From Isurus oxyrinchus (taxonomy: Eukaryota), in assembly GCA_026770705.1 (NCBI GenBank), contig JANJGN010000009.1, positions 91,388,001 to 91,452,000 on the forward strand: a stretch of DNA of 64,000 nt, read 5' to 3'. A program made the position numbers and the translations under genes. The notes beneath the pieces are model-generated. The model made no database searches and was not told the DNA's origin. It saw nothing but the letters and a program-made list of their open reading frames with translations. Below, piece after piece: positions 37,230 to 49,349 of the stretch. Within the stretch, counting starts at the first letter, position 1. Each line of letters starts with the position of its first letter.

Positions 37230-37352
37230 GGGCGTGTGAATTACATGTGAGTTTCATGCAGATTCCTCCTTGCAGAAATAATTCTTATTTGATAGAAGTC
37301 TGCATTTCCCATATCAGTCTTATTTACTGATGTTTTTTGACATTCAATGCAC

Positions 37353-37926
37353 ACTGGGTTTGCCAACTGGAATGCGCTGCCTGGGAGAGTGGTGGAAGCG
37401 GGTTGCCTCACATCCTTTAAAAAAGTACTTGGATGAGCACTTGGCATGTCATAACATTCAAGGCTATGGGCCAAGTGCTGGTAAATGGGATTAGGTAGGT
37501 AGGTCAGGTGTTTCTCATGTGTCAGTGCAGACTTGATGGGCCAAAGGACCTCTTCTGTACTGTGTGATTCTGTGATTCTGGAACTAAATGTATTCCTGGA
37601 GATTTCATGACATGACTTGCCCCCATGTTCCATCCATTAATTGGCCAACATATCCATCCTTGTGACATACTGCCTTCCTACACCAATTGGAAAGCAAAAA
37701 GACTCATTACCCAATTGGATGATGCTTGACTGTCCGCCAAACAGTCTCTCCTGCACCACCCCGCACCCCCCCCCACCACCCCCCAATTTTCAATATTTTT
37801 AGATCAGGTAAAAGATCTAAAAGAATCCTTTTTAATGTCCTGATAAATTTTCTCCAGGGTTGCACACAGAATTTGATCTTCCATTCCTGGAGATGCCAGG
37901 CCAATCCTGGAGGGTTGGCAACCCTA
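37353..37926. mobile_element. Non-autonomous DNA transposon with a CR1 3' fragment (37367-37577) inserted
   Basis: Ends gggtttgccaac and ggttggcaacccta (imperfect TIR); interior similar to 32130-32300. The insert is nearly identical to 8755-8945. Confidence 0.65.
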
Positions 37927-38904
37927 CATCAAGCATAAACCAGCCAAGGTAAACAATAATGGCATTCAATGGAATGAAAAGCAGTTGATGGGTGTGACCT
38001 GTGATCAAACAGATCCTTGTTTTAGATGTGTCAAAGAGAGATCAAATTACAAAGATGTGGCTTGTCAATGTGGCCTGTTTTAAATATCATGAAAATTGGC
38101 CTGAGGTTCCATCATGCAGGATAATTACTTCCTGCAGGCAGCTGATACTCTCATTGCTAAAGACATTGCAGTCATGAAAATTAAAACAAGCATTCTCCCC
38201 TTTTGAATAAACCCTCAGCCACGCTTTCATTATCTGCAGACTCAATGATTCCAACGGTCTCGTGGTCAGCGTCCCATTTCCTATCTACAAAAAACTAAAG
38301 CGGCAGTTCTCAATCTTTTGGCTTCCCATATTATAAAAAAAAACCTACAGAGGCCTCTGTAACACTGAGTATTTTTGTTGCATAAAAATCAATTGTACAA
38401 TGAAGCATATTTATTATTCGCATCGTTTTACTTTATATGAAATTTGTTGCTGGCTTTCAGCAACAATACTGTCAAAAGATGGAAGATCTTCGACATGACA
38501 TACGTTATGGTCAGTGTTCACCCTAGCTCAGTACTTTGTTTTCATTGTTGTAATCACTGAAAATACAGCTTCACATAAATAGATTTTATGAAATGCACCA
38601 ACATTTTCAATGTTGCAGAAGAAGCAGTGCTGTGCTCGGTTGCACCATTGACAACATGATCTTGCTCATGTGATGTCCGTACACTTGCACATTCCTGCAG
38701 GGGTTCACGGGATGGTACTTAGGAGTGCGAGTCCAGCTGGCTTTATTTTTTCCTTCCAATAGATGTTGGAGGAACTCCTACTGCCATTTGACACAGGCCA
38801 AGTGAGCTCAGCCCAGGGATCTGCAGGCCACTCCTGTTGTTGTATCACATTAGTGCATTTACCCAGCAATTCATCAATGGTGGCCTATAGGTTTACAATA
38901 TAAG

Positions 38905-39618
38905 AGAATGGAATCATAGAATGATTACAACACAGAAGGAGCCATTCGGCCCATCATGTCTGTGGTGACTTTCTGCAAGAGAAAATCAGCTGGTCCCATT
39001 CCCATAGCCCCATATTTTTTTTTTCTCTTCAGAAAATTATTCAATTTCTTTTCGGGAGTCATAATGAAATCTGCCTCCACCATACTCTCAGGCAGTGCAT
39101 TTCAGAGTGGGAAAGGTTGTTCCTCATATGTTCTTTTGCCAAACACCTTATATCATTGTCCTCTGGTTCTCAACACTCCCAGCAATAGGAACAGTTTCTC
39201 TCTAGCTATTTCATATGAACATACAAACATACGAATCAGGAACAGGAGCAGGCCACTTGGCCCCTTGATCCTGCTCTGCGATTCAATAAGATCATGGCTG
39301 GTCTGAATGTAACTTCAACCCCACATTCCTGCCTACCCCCAATAATCTTTCATCCCCTTGTTAATCGTGACTCCATCTAGCTCTGCCTTAAAAATATTCA
39401 AAGACTCTGCTTCGACCACCTTTTGAGGAAGAGAGATCCAAATAACCACAACCCTCTGAGAGAAAAACATTTCTCCTCATCTCTGTCTTAAATGAGTGGC
39501 CCCTTATTTTTAAACAGTGACCTCCTAGTTCCTCTATCAAATCTCCTGCCAATCCTCTCTAGGAGAACAACCCCAGCTTCTCCAATCTATCCACACAATT
39601 GAAGTCCCTCATCCCGGA
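38905..39618 (-). mobile_element. Two nested CR1 3' fragments
   Basis: Outer tail aatcatagaatg...ggagccattcggccc; inner 39213-39530 atatgaacatac...ggagcaggcc. Confidence 0.75.
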
Positions 39619-39619
39619 C

Positions 39620-40036
39620 CTCTGCATTTTTTGGAAACCTCATCCATGGGTGGGATGAGGTTTCCAAAAGAAAATAACAATAAGTTTTAAAAATTAATTA
39701 ATATGTCCCTGCTCGTGTGACAGAGTCACATGAGGGGACATGTTTCATTACATTTTTAATTTCTTCATTTTAAAAAAAAAATCCTTCCTCTCCCTGAAGC
39801 AGCTCTGTGCCTCAGGGAGGTTATGCAGCACTCACCCATGCGCATGCGTGGAGTTCGCACTCAGCCCGCTTGGCCTCTTCCCCTGGTCCGCACAAGCAGT
39901 ATTCAGCACTGCTGCTTGCATTCCATGCTGGGCAGGCCTTAACTGGCCCGCTAGTGTGAAGTTATGATCCAGTCCCGATTGCGGGCAGCAGTCGGCTTCC
40001 CAACCACCCCCACCTGCCAAGGGCAAAATTCTGCCC
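39620..40036. mobile_element. Partial Harbinger MITE
   Basis: Ends AAAATTCTGCCC; collinear with 13610-14047; contains two internal palindromes. Confidence 0.8.
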
Positions 40037-40039
40037 AGT

Positions 40040-40440
40040 ATTCCAGTTGTGGCCAAAATAGTATGTTATAAAGTTTCATAATCATTTCCTTGTTTTTGTT
40101 ATCTCTGCCTTTATATGTATGTAAAGCTTAGGGTCCCCAGAGGGTCTCAACCTTTCCTGCCACCTTCAACTTTTCTGCACATATACCCCAGGTCACTCTG
40201 CTCTTTCCTCTTTCACCCTCTTTAGAATTGTCCTTTTTATTTGATATTGCTCTCCTTGTTCTTCCCACCAAAAACTATCACTTCACAATTCTCTGCATTA
40301 AGTTTCATATATTGATGGGTGTATCCATTCCATCAGAGTGCTTATGTCCTCTTGCGGTCGATCTTCCTCATGGTTCTCAAAACTTCCAAGTTTTCTGTCA
40401 TCTGCAGGTTTTGAAATTGTGCCCTTTACACCCAAGTCTA
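40040..40440 (-). mobile_element. CR1 RT fragment
   Basis: LGVKGTISKPADDRKLG (KFADDTKLG-like). Confidence 0.7.
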
Positions 40441-40997
40441 GGGGCTGAATTATATCGGGGGGCGGACTTCTTGCCACTACCCCCCACCCCCACCATACCC
40501 CCAGCCTCCACCCCTGGAAGGAAAGTTGGCCGGTGGCCAACACACCAGAAAGAAGCCCGCACCACAGCCAAAATGTGCTGCTGGAAAGCTAAACTAGCTG
40601 AGATTGGGACTCAGTGGGAGGAGACTTGCCAGCCAATCTGATAGCAGCTCTAAAAGTGCTGGCAGTGCTAGATCATAGTGGACATTGCCAGGACTGTAAG
40701 GAGGAACAGGGAGAAGAGTGATGGCTGCTGGAGACAGGTAACCCCCGGACTTTTAGGGTGGGGAAGGATCTCAGAGCCCACAAAGAGGGGAGGGGGGTGG
40801 AGGGCTGGATTTTGGAGGAATGAAGGCAAGTGGGGTGGGGTGGGGCAGGTAACATCTTGGGGGGGGTGCCCCTGATGCGATATTTCCTGAATGATGTGGC
40901 CCCCCTTCCTTCCCACCCTTTTTCAACCTGTGAAAACCAATCAAATCAAAGGCATTTTTATGGATTTTGATTTTCAAATAAGGCTATATATCCTGTA

Positions 40998-41430
40998 TAA
41001 AAGCAAAATACTGCGGATGCTGGAAATCTAGAACAAAAACAAAAATACCTGGAAAAACTCAGCAGGTCTGACAGCATCTGCAGAGAGGAACACAGTTAAT
41101 GTTTTGAGTCCAAATGACTCTTCATCAGAACTAAAGAAAAATAAGAAAGAGGTGAAATATAAGCTGGTTTAAGGGGGGAGGGGGGGGGGGGGGGGGGCGC
41201 GGGGGGGGGGGGGGGGGGGGGGGGTGGGACAGGTAGAGCTAATATCACTACCACGTCAACACCTCTTTGTCCCTTTGTCTATGACATCTTTTGGCAATCT
41301 CCGTCTATCACTGACCCTCTCTACCGGTCCCACCTCCCCCCCCCCCCCCCCTTAAACCAGCTTATATTTCACCTCTTTTCTATTTTTCCTTAGTTCTGAT
41401 GAAGAGTCATTCGGACTCGAAACATTAACT
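40998..41430. mobile_element. Fold-back Penelope terminal element with two hammerhead motifs
   Basis: Inverted arms with poly-G and poly-C; 14-bp TSD CTATATATCCTGTA at 40984-40997 and 41429-41442. Confidence 0.88.
41392..41430 (+). ncRNA. Minimal hammerhead ribozyme-like motif with canonical CUGAUGA core
   Basis: AGTT-CTGATGA-A-GAGTC-ATTCG-GACTC-GAAAC-ATT-AACT; perfect 5-bp stem II; a G>A change in stem III probably impairs it. Confidence 0.65.
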
Positions 41431-41519
41431 ATATATCCTGTAATTACTTTTGGTGGATCTTTTGAAACATTCTTGTGGATCCCTAGGGGCCACAGACCCT
41501 AGGTTGGGAATCCCCAAAT

Positions 41520-41890
41520 GAACTTGAGTTCATTCAGAACTCTGATGCCTGTATTCTAATTCACGCCAAGTCCTATTCACTAATCACCCTCTGCTTGCTG
41601 ATCCACATCGGCTCCCAGTCCAGCAAAACCTTGATTTTAAAATTCTCTTCCCCCTGTTTAAATCCCAGCATAGTCATGCCATTCCCTATCTCTGTACCCT
41701 CCTCCAGTTCCACAGCTTCCTGAGATCTCTGCACTCCTCCAGTGTTGGCCTCTTGGTCATCCCTGATTTTTCTCGCTCCATCATTACTGTTTTCAGCTGG
41801 CTAGCTTCCAAGCTCTGGTACTGTTTTGCCAAGCATGTCTGTCTCTCCACTCTGACCTTCTCCATTAACACACTCCTTAAAACCTGCTCT
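41520..41890 (+). mobile_element. L2 3' fragment
   Basis: caccaagtcc...tcaccc...ggctcccagtccagc...ttgattttaaaattctc (ITP...HWLPV...FKIL-like). Confidence 0.75.
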
Positions 41891-41899
41891 TGTAATGAC

Positions 41900-42190
41900 A
41901 ATATTTATATGGCTGGTCTAATCAAGTTTCTGGTCAATGTTAATTCCTAAGATGATGATGGTGGGGGATTCACTGAGGTGATTAGGCTTTTTCTTATTGG
42001 AGGTGGCCATTCCCTGGATGTGAGACATGAATGTTATTTGATACTTATCAGTCAAAGTCTGGATGCTTTCCAGCTCTTGCTCCATGTGGGCATGGAGTGC
42101 TTCATTAATTGTAGCATTGTGAAGAAGCTCACTGTACAATCATCAGCAAAAATACCCACTTCTAGCCTTATGATGGAAGGAAGATCAATG
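41900..42190 (-). mobile_element. Family B LINE RT fragment
   Basis: Similar to 1490-1815 (gtttctggtcaatg...ccttatgatggaaggaagatca). Confidence 0.75.
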
Positions 42191-42199
42191 GTTTACCTT

Positions 42200-42641
42200 C
42201 TAACTCCATCATCTTCAAAGCACAAATTAATTCAGTGAGACCAGTTGGCTCACGGTGGACAAGCATTTGGGAGCGGTTGATGAGAAATCCATAGAAACTT
42301 GGTTTGAGAGTGTGGTGTGTCTGATCACAGTTCATCCATTTACATGGGCTATATATTTACTGTGAACATTAGTGTATAAAATAGGTTTTGTATCATGTCA
42401 CTATGAATTTGTATATATATTTGTAAAGGTTGAGGTGAAGGAGTAGTGAAATAAAGTTCATCTTTTCTTGTTCGATAAATGTTTTATTCTTTTGTTAAAA
42501 GTTCATCAGCTGACTCCGGTGACTCTGTGCAGTTACCACCCTCCACGTTTCTAAACAAAACATAAAAGTTAGGATCCATCAAGCCAGGTTCCACACTGGG
42601 ATCTGACTTGTCCAGTAGTAACATCAGCTGGAATCATAACA
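42200..42641 (+). mobile_element. Possible LTR 3' portion
   Basis: AATAAA-containing T-rich region ending GGAATCATAACA. Confidence 0.4.
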
Positions 42642-42644
42642 GTA

Positions 42645-43000
42645 GGGTAGGAGGTGAGTAGCGTGGCAGCTGCATAGCATGGCAGCTGGGTAGAGTGGTA
42701 GATGGATAGGGTGTCAGCTGGGTAGGGTGGTAGTTGAGTGAGGAGGCAGGTGGGTAGGGTGGGAGGTGGGTAGGATGGCAGCTGGATGGAATGATAGGTG
42801 GGTGAGGTGGATAAGGTGAGTAGTCAGGTCAGGAGTGAGGGGATTGTCAGGTCAGGGGCTAGTCAGGTCTGGTTGTGGGGGAGGGTAAATTGGGGTTCAG
42901 GGGTCAGCTGTCTTATGAACAGGTAATAATGGGACTAGACCATAAAGCTGAAGGAGGGTGGTCAGGTTGGGTAGGGTGGGAGTTGAGAGGTTGAGGGAGG
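42645..43000 (+). repeat. G-rich degenerate tandem repeat (GGGTAGGGTGGCAGCT-like)
   Basis: Repeated gggtagggtgg/gtcagg motifs. Confidence 0.6.
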
Positions 43001-43619
43001 AGTCAAAGATATCAGTTCTATAGTTGCCCAGGAGTTAGACAGAGAGGGAGGAGTGGGACTGTAATTGGCCTGACTGGATTTGTCCTACTTTTTGTGGAAA
43101 GGATTTATCTGAACAATTTTGCACATTGTCGGGTAGATGCCAGTTTTGTTGCTGTACTGAAAGATCCTGGCTGGGGCCATGGCTAGTTCTGGAGAGAAAA
43201 GTGATCAGCTGTGCAGGCTATAAGCAGGGATGGGTGTTGGAGGAGTATGGGACTTTGGCTGATAGTCATTTTTACTGAGTCATGCCTATGGTCTGCTTCA
43301 ATGGTCTGTGGGACAACTCTCCCAACTCGGTACCAGCAGATGGACGATAGTGAGGATTTTGTTGGGTCAACTTGGCTGGATAGTCTTCATTTGATGCCAA
43401 GGTGATAACTGGACAGTCTGCTGGTTTTATTTTTCTAACATATTACAGCAATTTAATACAACTAAGTGGCTTCGTAGATCGCTTGAGAGAGCATTTACGA
43501 GTCAACCACACTGAAGTGGGAGAGGAATCACGTGTAGGCCAGGCCAGGTAAGGATGACAGTTTTCCTGCCTAAAGGACATTAGTGAACCCTCTGGATTTT
43601 TACAATTCAACAGCTTTTG

Positions 43620-44017
43620 TGGGGAGTTGGTGATGTAGAGGTAATATCACTGGGTTAGTAATCCAGAGGCCCAGGCTAATGTTCTGGGGACGCAGGTTCA
43701 AATCCCACCACAGCAGCTGGTGGAATTTAAATTCTGGTAATAAATCTGGAATATAAAGCTAGTCTTAGTAATAGTGACCATGAAACCATCATCAATTGTT
43801 CTAAAACCCATCTGGTTCACTAATATCCTTTAGGGAAGGAAATCTGCTTTCCTTACCTGGCCTGGCCTACATGTGATCCAAACCCATAGCAATGTGGTTG
43901 ACATTTAAGCTCCCACTGAAATGGCCTACCAAGCCAGTTATTTCAAGGGCAATTGTGGACGGGCAACAATTGCTGGCCTTGCCAGTGACACCCACAACCT
44001 ATGAAATAAAAAAAAAT
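43620..44017 (+). mobile_element. Full-length tRNA-headed SINE, nested in an opposite-strand copy (about 43445-43618, 44018-44080, 44440-44480)
   Basis: GGTAATATCACTGG...GGTTCAAATCCCACC head, family body, tail and poly-A. Confidence 0.85.
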
Positions 44018-44084
44018 CACTTTTACTGATACCACCTTCTTATTCCAGATACATTATTCAGAATTCAAATTCTAAAGCTGCACA

Positions 44085-44436
44085 CTGCTTGATCTCTCAT
44101 GCAACAGTAACTTACCAAGGCTCTTTTGACAGCACCTTCCAAATCTGTGACCTCCAACACCTAGACAGACAAGGGCAGCAGATGCATCGGAACATTATTA
44201 CATCCAAGCCACTCACCATCCTGACTTGGAAACATATCGCTGTTCCTTCACTGTCACCAGGTCAAAATCCTGTAACTCCCTCCCTAACAGCACTGTTGGT
44301 GTACCTACACCACATGTACTGCAGTGGTTCAAGAAGGAGGCCCACCACTGCCTTCCCAAGGGGCAATTAGGTATGGGCAATAAATGCTGGCCTAGCCAGC
44401 GATGACCATATCCTGTGAAAGAATTTTTTTAAAAAA
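44085..44436 (+). mobile_element. Family B LINE 3' end
   Basis: Ends AAGGGGCAATTAGGTATGGGCAATAAATGCTGGCCTAGCCAGCG. Confidence 0.85.
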
Positions 44437-45339
44437 TTCTCTGGATTCGTGGTCCAGTAATATAACCACTGCACTACCATTCCATTGATATGAGAAAGTA
44501 CTGTGTGAAGCTGGCACACCAATGCTCTTGAATACTCTGCTGGCAATCCTCATGACCCGTTCATCAATGGAGCAGCTGGAAGTAGAGCCTGGTTCTCGAT
44601 TCCTTTAACAGTGTAAACTAAACCCAGCATGAGAGGAAACAGCTGTGGCTGACATGGTTGAGGACCCCAAAGAGTCCCATGGTTGTCTTTGGATCAGCAA
44701 GCCTATTTGAGCATGAGTTGTCCATTGCCACAGGCAGGAGACGTGCTTTGCATTCAGTGTTGGTATGGATCAGGTGCAATATCCGGGCTGCTGATCAACA
44801 TGAAAACTGGTGATGGCAGTGCAGGTTGAGAATGTAGGAGTCAGGTGGGAGTAGATTCTGAGAGCAGATGGCTCACAGCTTGTAGAGGAACCAGCTCCCA
44901 TTGGGGTCAAGGCACCCAACTGTGGGCATTACTGAGGAAGTGGTCAGTGACCAAACTCAATCTTCTGAAGGGATTTTTCTTTTGGTCAGGAAATTGTCAA
45001 CTCCATTTAGCACAATCAGCAGAGTGCAATCAAAGTCTATTTAAAGGTATAACAAACTTTGCATTGCACAACGTGTATGCGAAAATGGGGCATGCATTGC
45101 TTTCAGCTGCCACTCTTTCCCTTGGAAATGCTGACACAATTGAATTATCCCTCTACCAAAAAAAGGAAGGCACTTTGTTGTACCAGAAATAAATTCATAA
45201 TCCTCTCAATGATAATGCATTCGCTTGAGACATAGTCACTCCATTGAAAAAGGGATACATCATGTTTCATTAAAGATAATATTAGATTAAAAGAGGTTTA
45301 AAATGTTGCCTTCAACAGTATTTAGCTTGAGAATTAGGA

Positions 45340-45875
45340 GGGTTTTAAAATATCAGCAAAAGATGGCCAAGAAATTGATGAAGAAGGGAAAAATAGAATA
45401 ACCAGCAAGAAATATAAAACCAGATGGTAAGAGCTTCTAAACAAATGTAAAATGTGAGAGTTTAGTGGAAGTAAATATGGTTCTCTTTGAGGCAGAGACA
45501 GGAGGAATTATAAGAAGGAATAAAGAAATGATAGAGAAGTTAAATAAATATTTTGTAGCTGTCTTCACTGTAGAAGGCTCAAAGAACAGGTCAGAAATTG
45601 CAGGGAACCAATGGGGGTCAAACTTAAGATAATCAATATTAGAAAAAATACTCGGAAAAAATAATGGGTCTTCCTTGGATCTGAAGACCAACATCTTAGA
45701 ATTTTAAAAAGGTTGGCTGCAGAGATTGTGGTTACATTGGTTTTAATCTTCCACTGTTCCCTAGATTCTAGAATAGTTCATGTGGATTGGGAGATATTTA
45801 ATATAATACCGCTGTTTGAAAAAGAAGAGGAAATGGAACAGGGAATGCGTAAATCAGTTAGCCTGATATTAGAAG
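45340..45875 (+). mobile_element. CR1 ORF2 middle fragment
   Basis: LNKYFVAVFTVE and IFHCSLDSRIVHVDW-like remnants. Confidence 0.7.
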
Positions 45876-45877
45876 TT

Positions 45878-47262
45878 TGGATGTAAGTGCTGCTGGCTAG
45901 CCCAGCATTTACTGCCCATCCCTAATTGCCCTTAAGAAGGTGGTGGTGAGCTGCCTTCTTGAATCACTGCAGACTATGTAGTGTAGGTACACCCACATTG
46001 CTGATAGGGAGGGAGTTCCAGGATTTTGGCCCAGCGACAGTGAAGGAATGTCGATATATTTCCAAGTCAGGATGGTGAGTGACTTGGAGGGGAACTTCCA
46101 GGTGCCCTTGGCCTTCCAAATAGTGGAAGTTGTGGGTTTGGAAGGAGCTGTCAAAGGAGCCTTGGTGAGTTGCTGCAGTGCACCTTGTAGATGGAACACA
46201 CTGCTGCTGCTGTGTGTCGGTGGTGGAGGGAGTGAATGCTTGTGGATGGGGTGCCAATCAAGTGGGCTGCTTTGTCCTGGACGGTGTTGAACTTCTTGAG
46301 TGTTGTTTGAGCTGCACTCATACAGACAAGTGGAGTGTGTTCCATCACACTCCTGACTTGTGCCTTGGACAGGCTTTGGGGAGTCAGATGGTGAGTTATT
46401 TCTGCAGAATTGCCAGTCTCTGGCTTGCTCTTGCAGCCAGAGAATTTCTATAGCTAGTCCAGTTCAGCTTCTGGCCAATTGTAATGCACAGGATGTTGAT
46501 AGTGGGGGGTTCAGCATTTGTAATGGCACTGAATGTCAAACAGAGATGGTTAAATTCTCTCTTGGTGGAGATGGCAGTTGTGTCACATGAATGTTATTGT
46601 CATTTATCAGCCCGTGTCTGAATGTTGTCCAGGTCTTGCTACATGCAGGCACAGACTGCTTCAGTATTTGAGGAGATTTGACAAGTATTGAACACTGTGC
46701 ATTCATCAACTGACAACCTTATTTCTGATCTTATGATGGAAGAAGGGTCATTGGTGAATCAGTTGAAGATGGTTGGGCCTAGACATTACCCTGAGGAACC
46801 CCTGCAACAATATCCTGGGGCCAAAATGATTGACTTCCAATTGGCGTGACCGTCTTCCTTTCTGCTAGGTATGATTCCAACCAAGGAGATTTCCCCTCCC
46901 TGATTTCCAGCAGCTACAATTTTGCTAGGGCTCCTTGATGCAACACTTGGTCAAATGTTGCATTGATATCACTCTCACCTCACCTCTGGAGTTCAGGCTC
47001 TAATGAGATCTGCATCCAAGTGATCCTGGCAGAATCCAAACTGAGGGAAAAATGCATCAGTTATTTCTGCGTAAGTACCACTTGGCAGCACTGTTGATGA
47101 CACCTTCCATCACTTTACTGATGATCGAGAATAGACTGATGGGGCACTGATTGGCTGGATTGGATTTTTCCTGCTTTTTGTCTATAGGACATACCTGGGC
47201 AATTTTTCACATAGCCAAGTAAACACCAGTGTTGTAGCTGTACTGGAACAGATTGGCTAGAG
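45878..47262 (-). mobile_element. Family B LINE, 5'-truncated
   Basis: Collinear with 886-2015 and extends further into the RT domain. Confidence 0.88.
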
Positions 47263-47269
47263 AAACTAT

Positions 47270-47710
47270 TTCTCCTGCTGGGAGAATCAAGATACAGTCA
47301 TAACATTCAGGATTGAAATCAGGAAGTCAGGCATCACTACGAAAGACTAATCCTCTTTCTCTCTCCACAGATGCTGTCAGACATGCTGGGTACTTCCAGC
47401 ATTTTCTGGACATTTGATGTTAAATCTCCAGCATCTATAGTATTTTACTCTTGCATTGAAATTAGGAAGTATTGTTTCACATGAATATAGTAGAAATCTG
47501 GACTAAAGTGTGGGGCTGGGGGGGGTGTTGGGGGGAGCAATTGGAGCCTTCAAGGCTGACATTAATAGAGTTTTGTTGGGCAAGAGTATTAAGAGATATT
47601 GAACAAAGGTGAGAGATTGGAGTTAGGGGCAGATCAGCCATGGTCTAATTGAATGGTACAGCAGACTTGAGGGGATGAATGGTCTGCTCCCATTCCTGTT
47701 TTCATGTATC
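47270..47710 (+). mobile_element. CR1 3' end carrying a Penelope terminal fragment (about 47335-47450)
   Basis: ttgaaat(c/t)aggaagt on both sides of ctctccacagatgctgtcagac...; CR1 3' UTR follows. Confidence 0.65.
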
Positions 47711-49349
47711 CCAGCATTTCATTTGCTTTTTAACAGCTTGCCCATATAAAAATACAGAGTCTATTAGCCTTCTCGTTCTTCTTGAGCTGATTATATTTCT
47801 TACACTGTACAAATATATTGCCCACTCTTTATCTCAGTGCATAATACACAGTTGTTGGCAACTACTGTGAAACCTATCATTAGTCATATTGTCAGATAGT
47901 TTCTGCAGTTTGGATCTTAATATTTTCTTGCTCTGCTCTGTTGCTTTTTGAAAAACCTTCAACAATGGGAAGACCCTGGGCTAGATTTTCAGAGTTCGGC
48001 TGGACCACCACCCCCCCAACCCCATAATTTTCTTGGAGTCGGGCCAGGTTCTCGAGGGCTTGTAGTTCATGGCCCCTCAGAGAATTTGTAAACCATAGTC
48101 GGGATTCGGGAACAGTTTGATAGGTATGTTTGAAAGGTCTTACCCATGCCCCCACCTTGTCCCATGCCCCCTTCCTTGTCCCATGCTCCCCTGCATCCTT
48201 TATGTCCACTCACCCAGTGTGCACTATAGGACAAACATATAATAACAATGGCAAGTCTTCAAATGAAATTTTTAAAAAATCCATCCAGAAACTAGCTTTG
48301 ATAAAACTGCTGCTCTTATAACTCAAGTGTCAATCTGACAGAGTCATTATAGGATCAACAAGCTCTCAGGTCGCACCTCTTAATCTTGTCCAAATAAACA
48401 CACAGACATTGAAAGAAAGAGTTCAAAGAAAGACTAATATGACTTTATAAAGATGTCAGTCAATCAAAGACTCCACTTCCACACAGACCTTTGCTGAGCT
48501 AATCCATTAATGAGTCTTAGAGCTCAGCCAACCCTTCATTATAAGGCACCTGAAGAAACAGGTATCTGGCCATCCTTAGGGCTAGGTTGAGCTCCAAGAC
48601 TCACTAATGGATTAGCTCTGCAGGGGCCTGGAGTGGGCACAGAGGCATGGAGTTGACACGGAGGAGCCATGGGGGGTAGCATGGGGAATTGGTGGGGTGG
48701 GGGTTGAGGGGTGAGGGCCTGAAGGCCTAATAGCCTTTAACACAACTGGGACAAAGTCCGAGAACAAAGATGGGCATCCTGCCTTGACATTCACCCGCCT
48801 CCCTCTGAACTGTCTCCAGAGGTAGTGGGCTTGACTCCATCCTGGAGTGGAATGAAAATACCCAGTGGGGAGAGGCCCTTTTAAAGGAGTCGGGCCTGCT
48901 AAGTCGGGAAATTTCCCAACCCGAGCATTCCACCTCGATGGGGGAGGTGTGCAATAGAGTGCGCAAATAGGAAGAGAGCGGGTATTGCCCTTGCATGAGA
49001 TTTAAAGGTCAGAATTAGGGGACAAACAGCAGCTTGAGGCATGGGAGAGTGGACTCAAATATGGAATAATTCTGTAAAATTATAAAAGGGGCTGTTGGGC
49101 ATTCCCAATATTATATCAACAATCTTTCTTCTAAAGGGCAATCCCACAATGGAACAACTTGCCAAAGGACACAGTCACAGCCCCACACTGAAAATCTTCA
49201 AGACCCATCTTTAGATTATTTCCATTGAAAAGTTTTCATTATCAGGACTACCATCACAGCAGCTCATGCCTGGTTTAGCTAGCACTACCATATGTTGGTG
49301 GAATATGGGTATTCATCTGTGATACTGACGCAACTAAAATAGGAGGATT

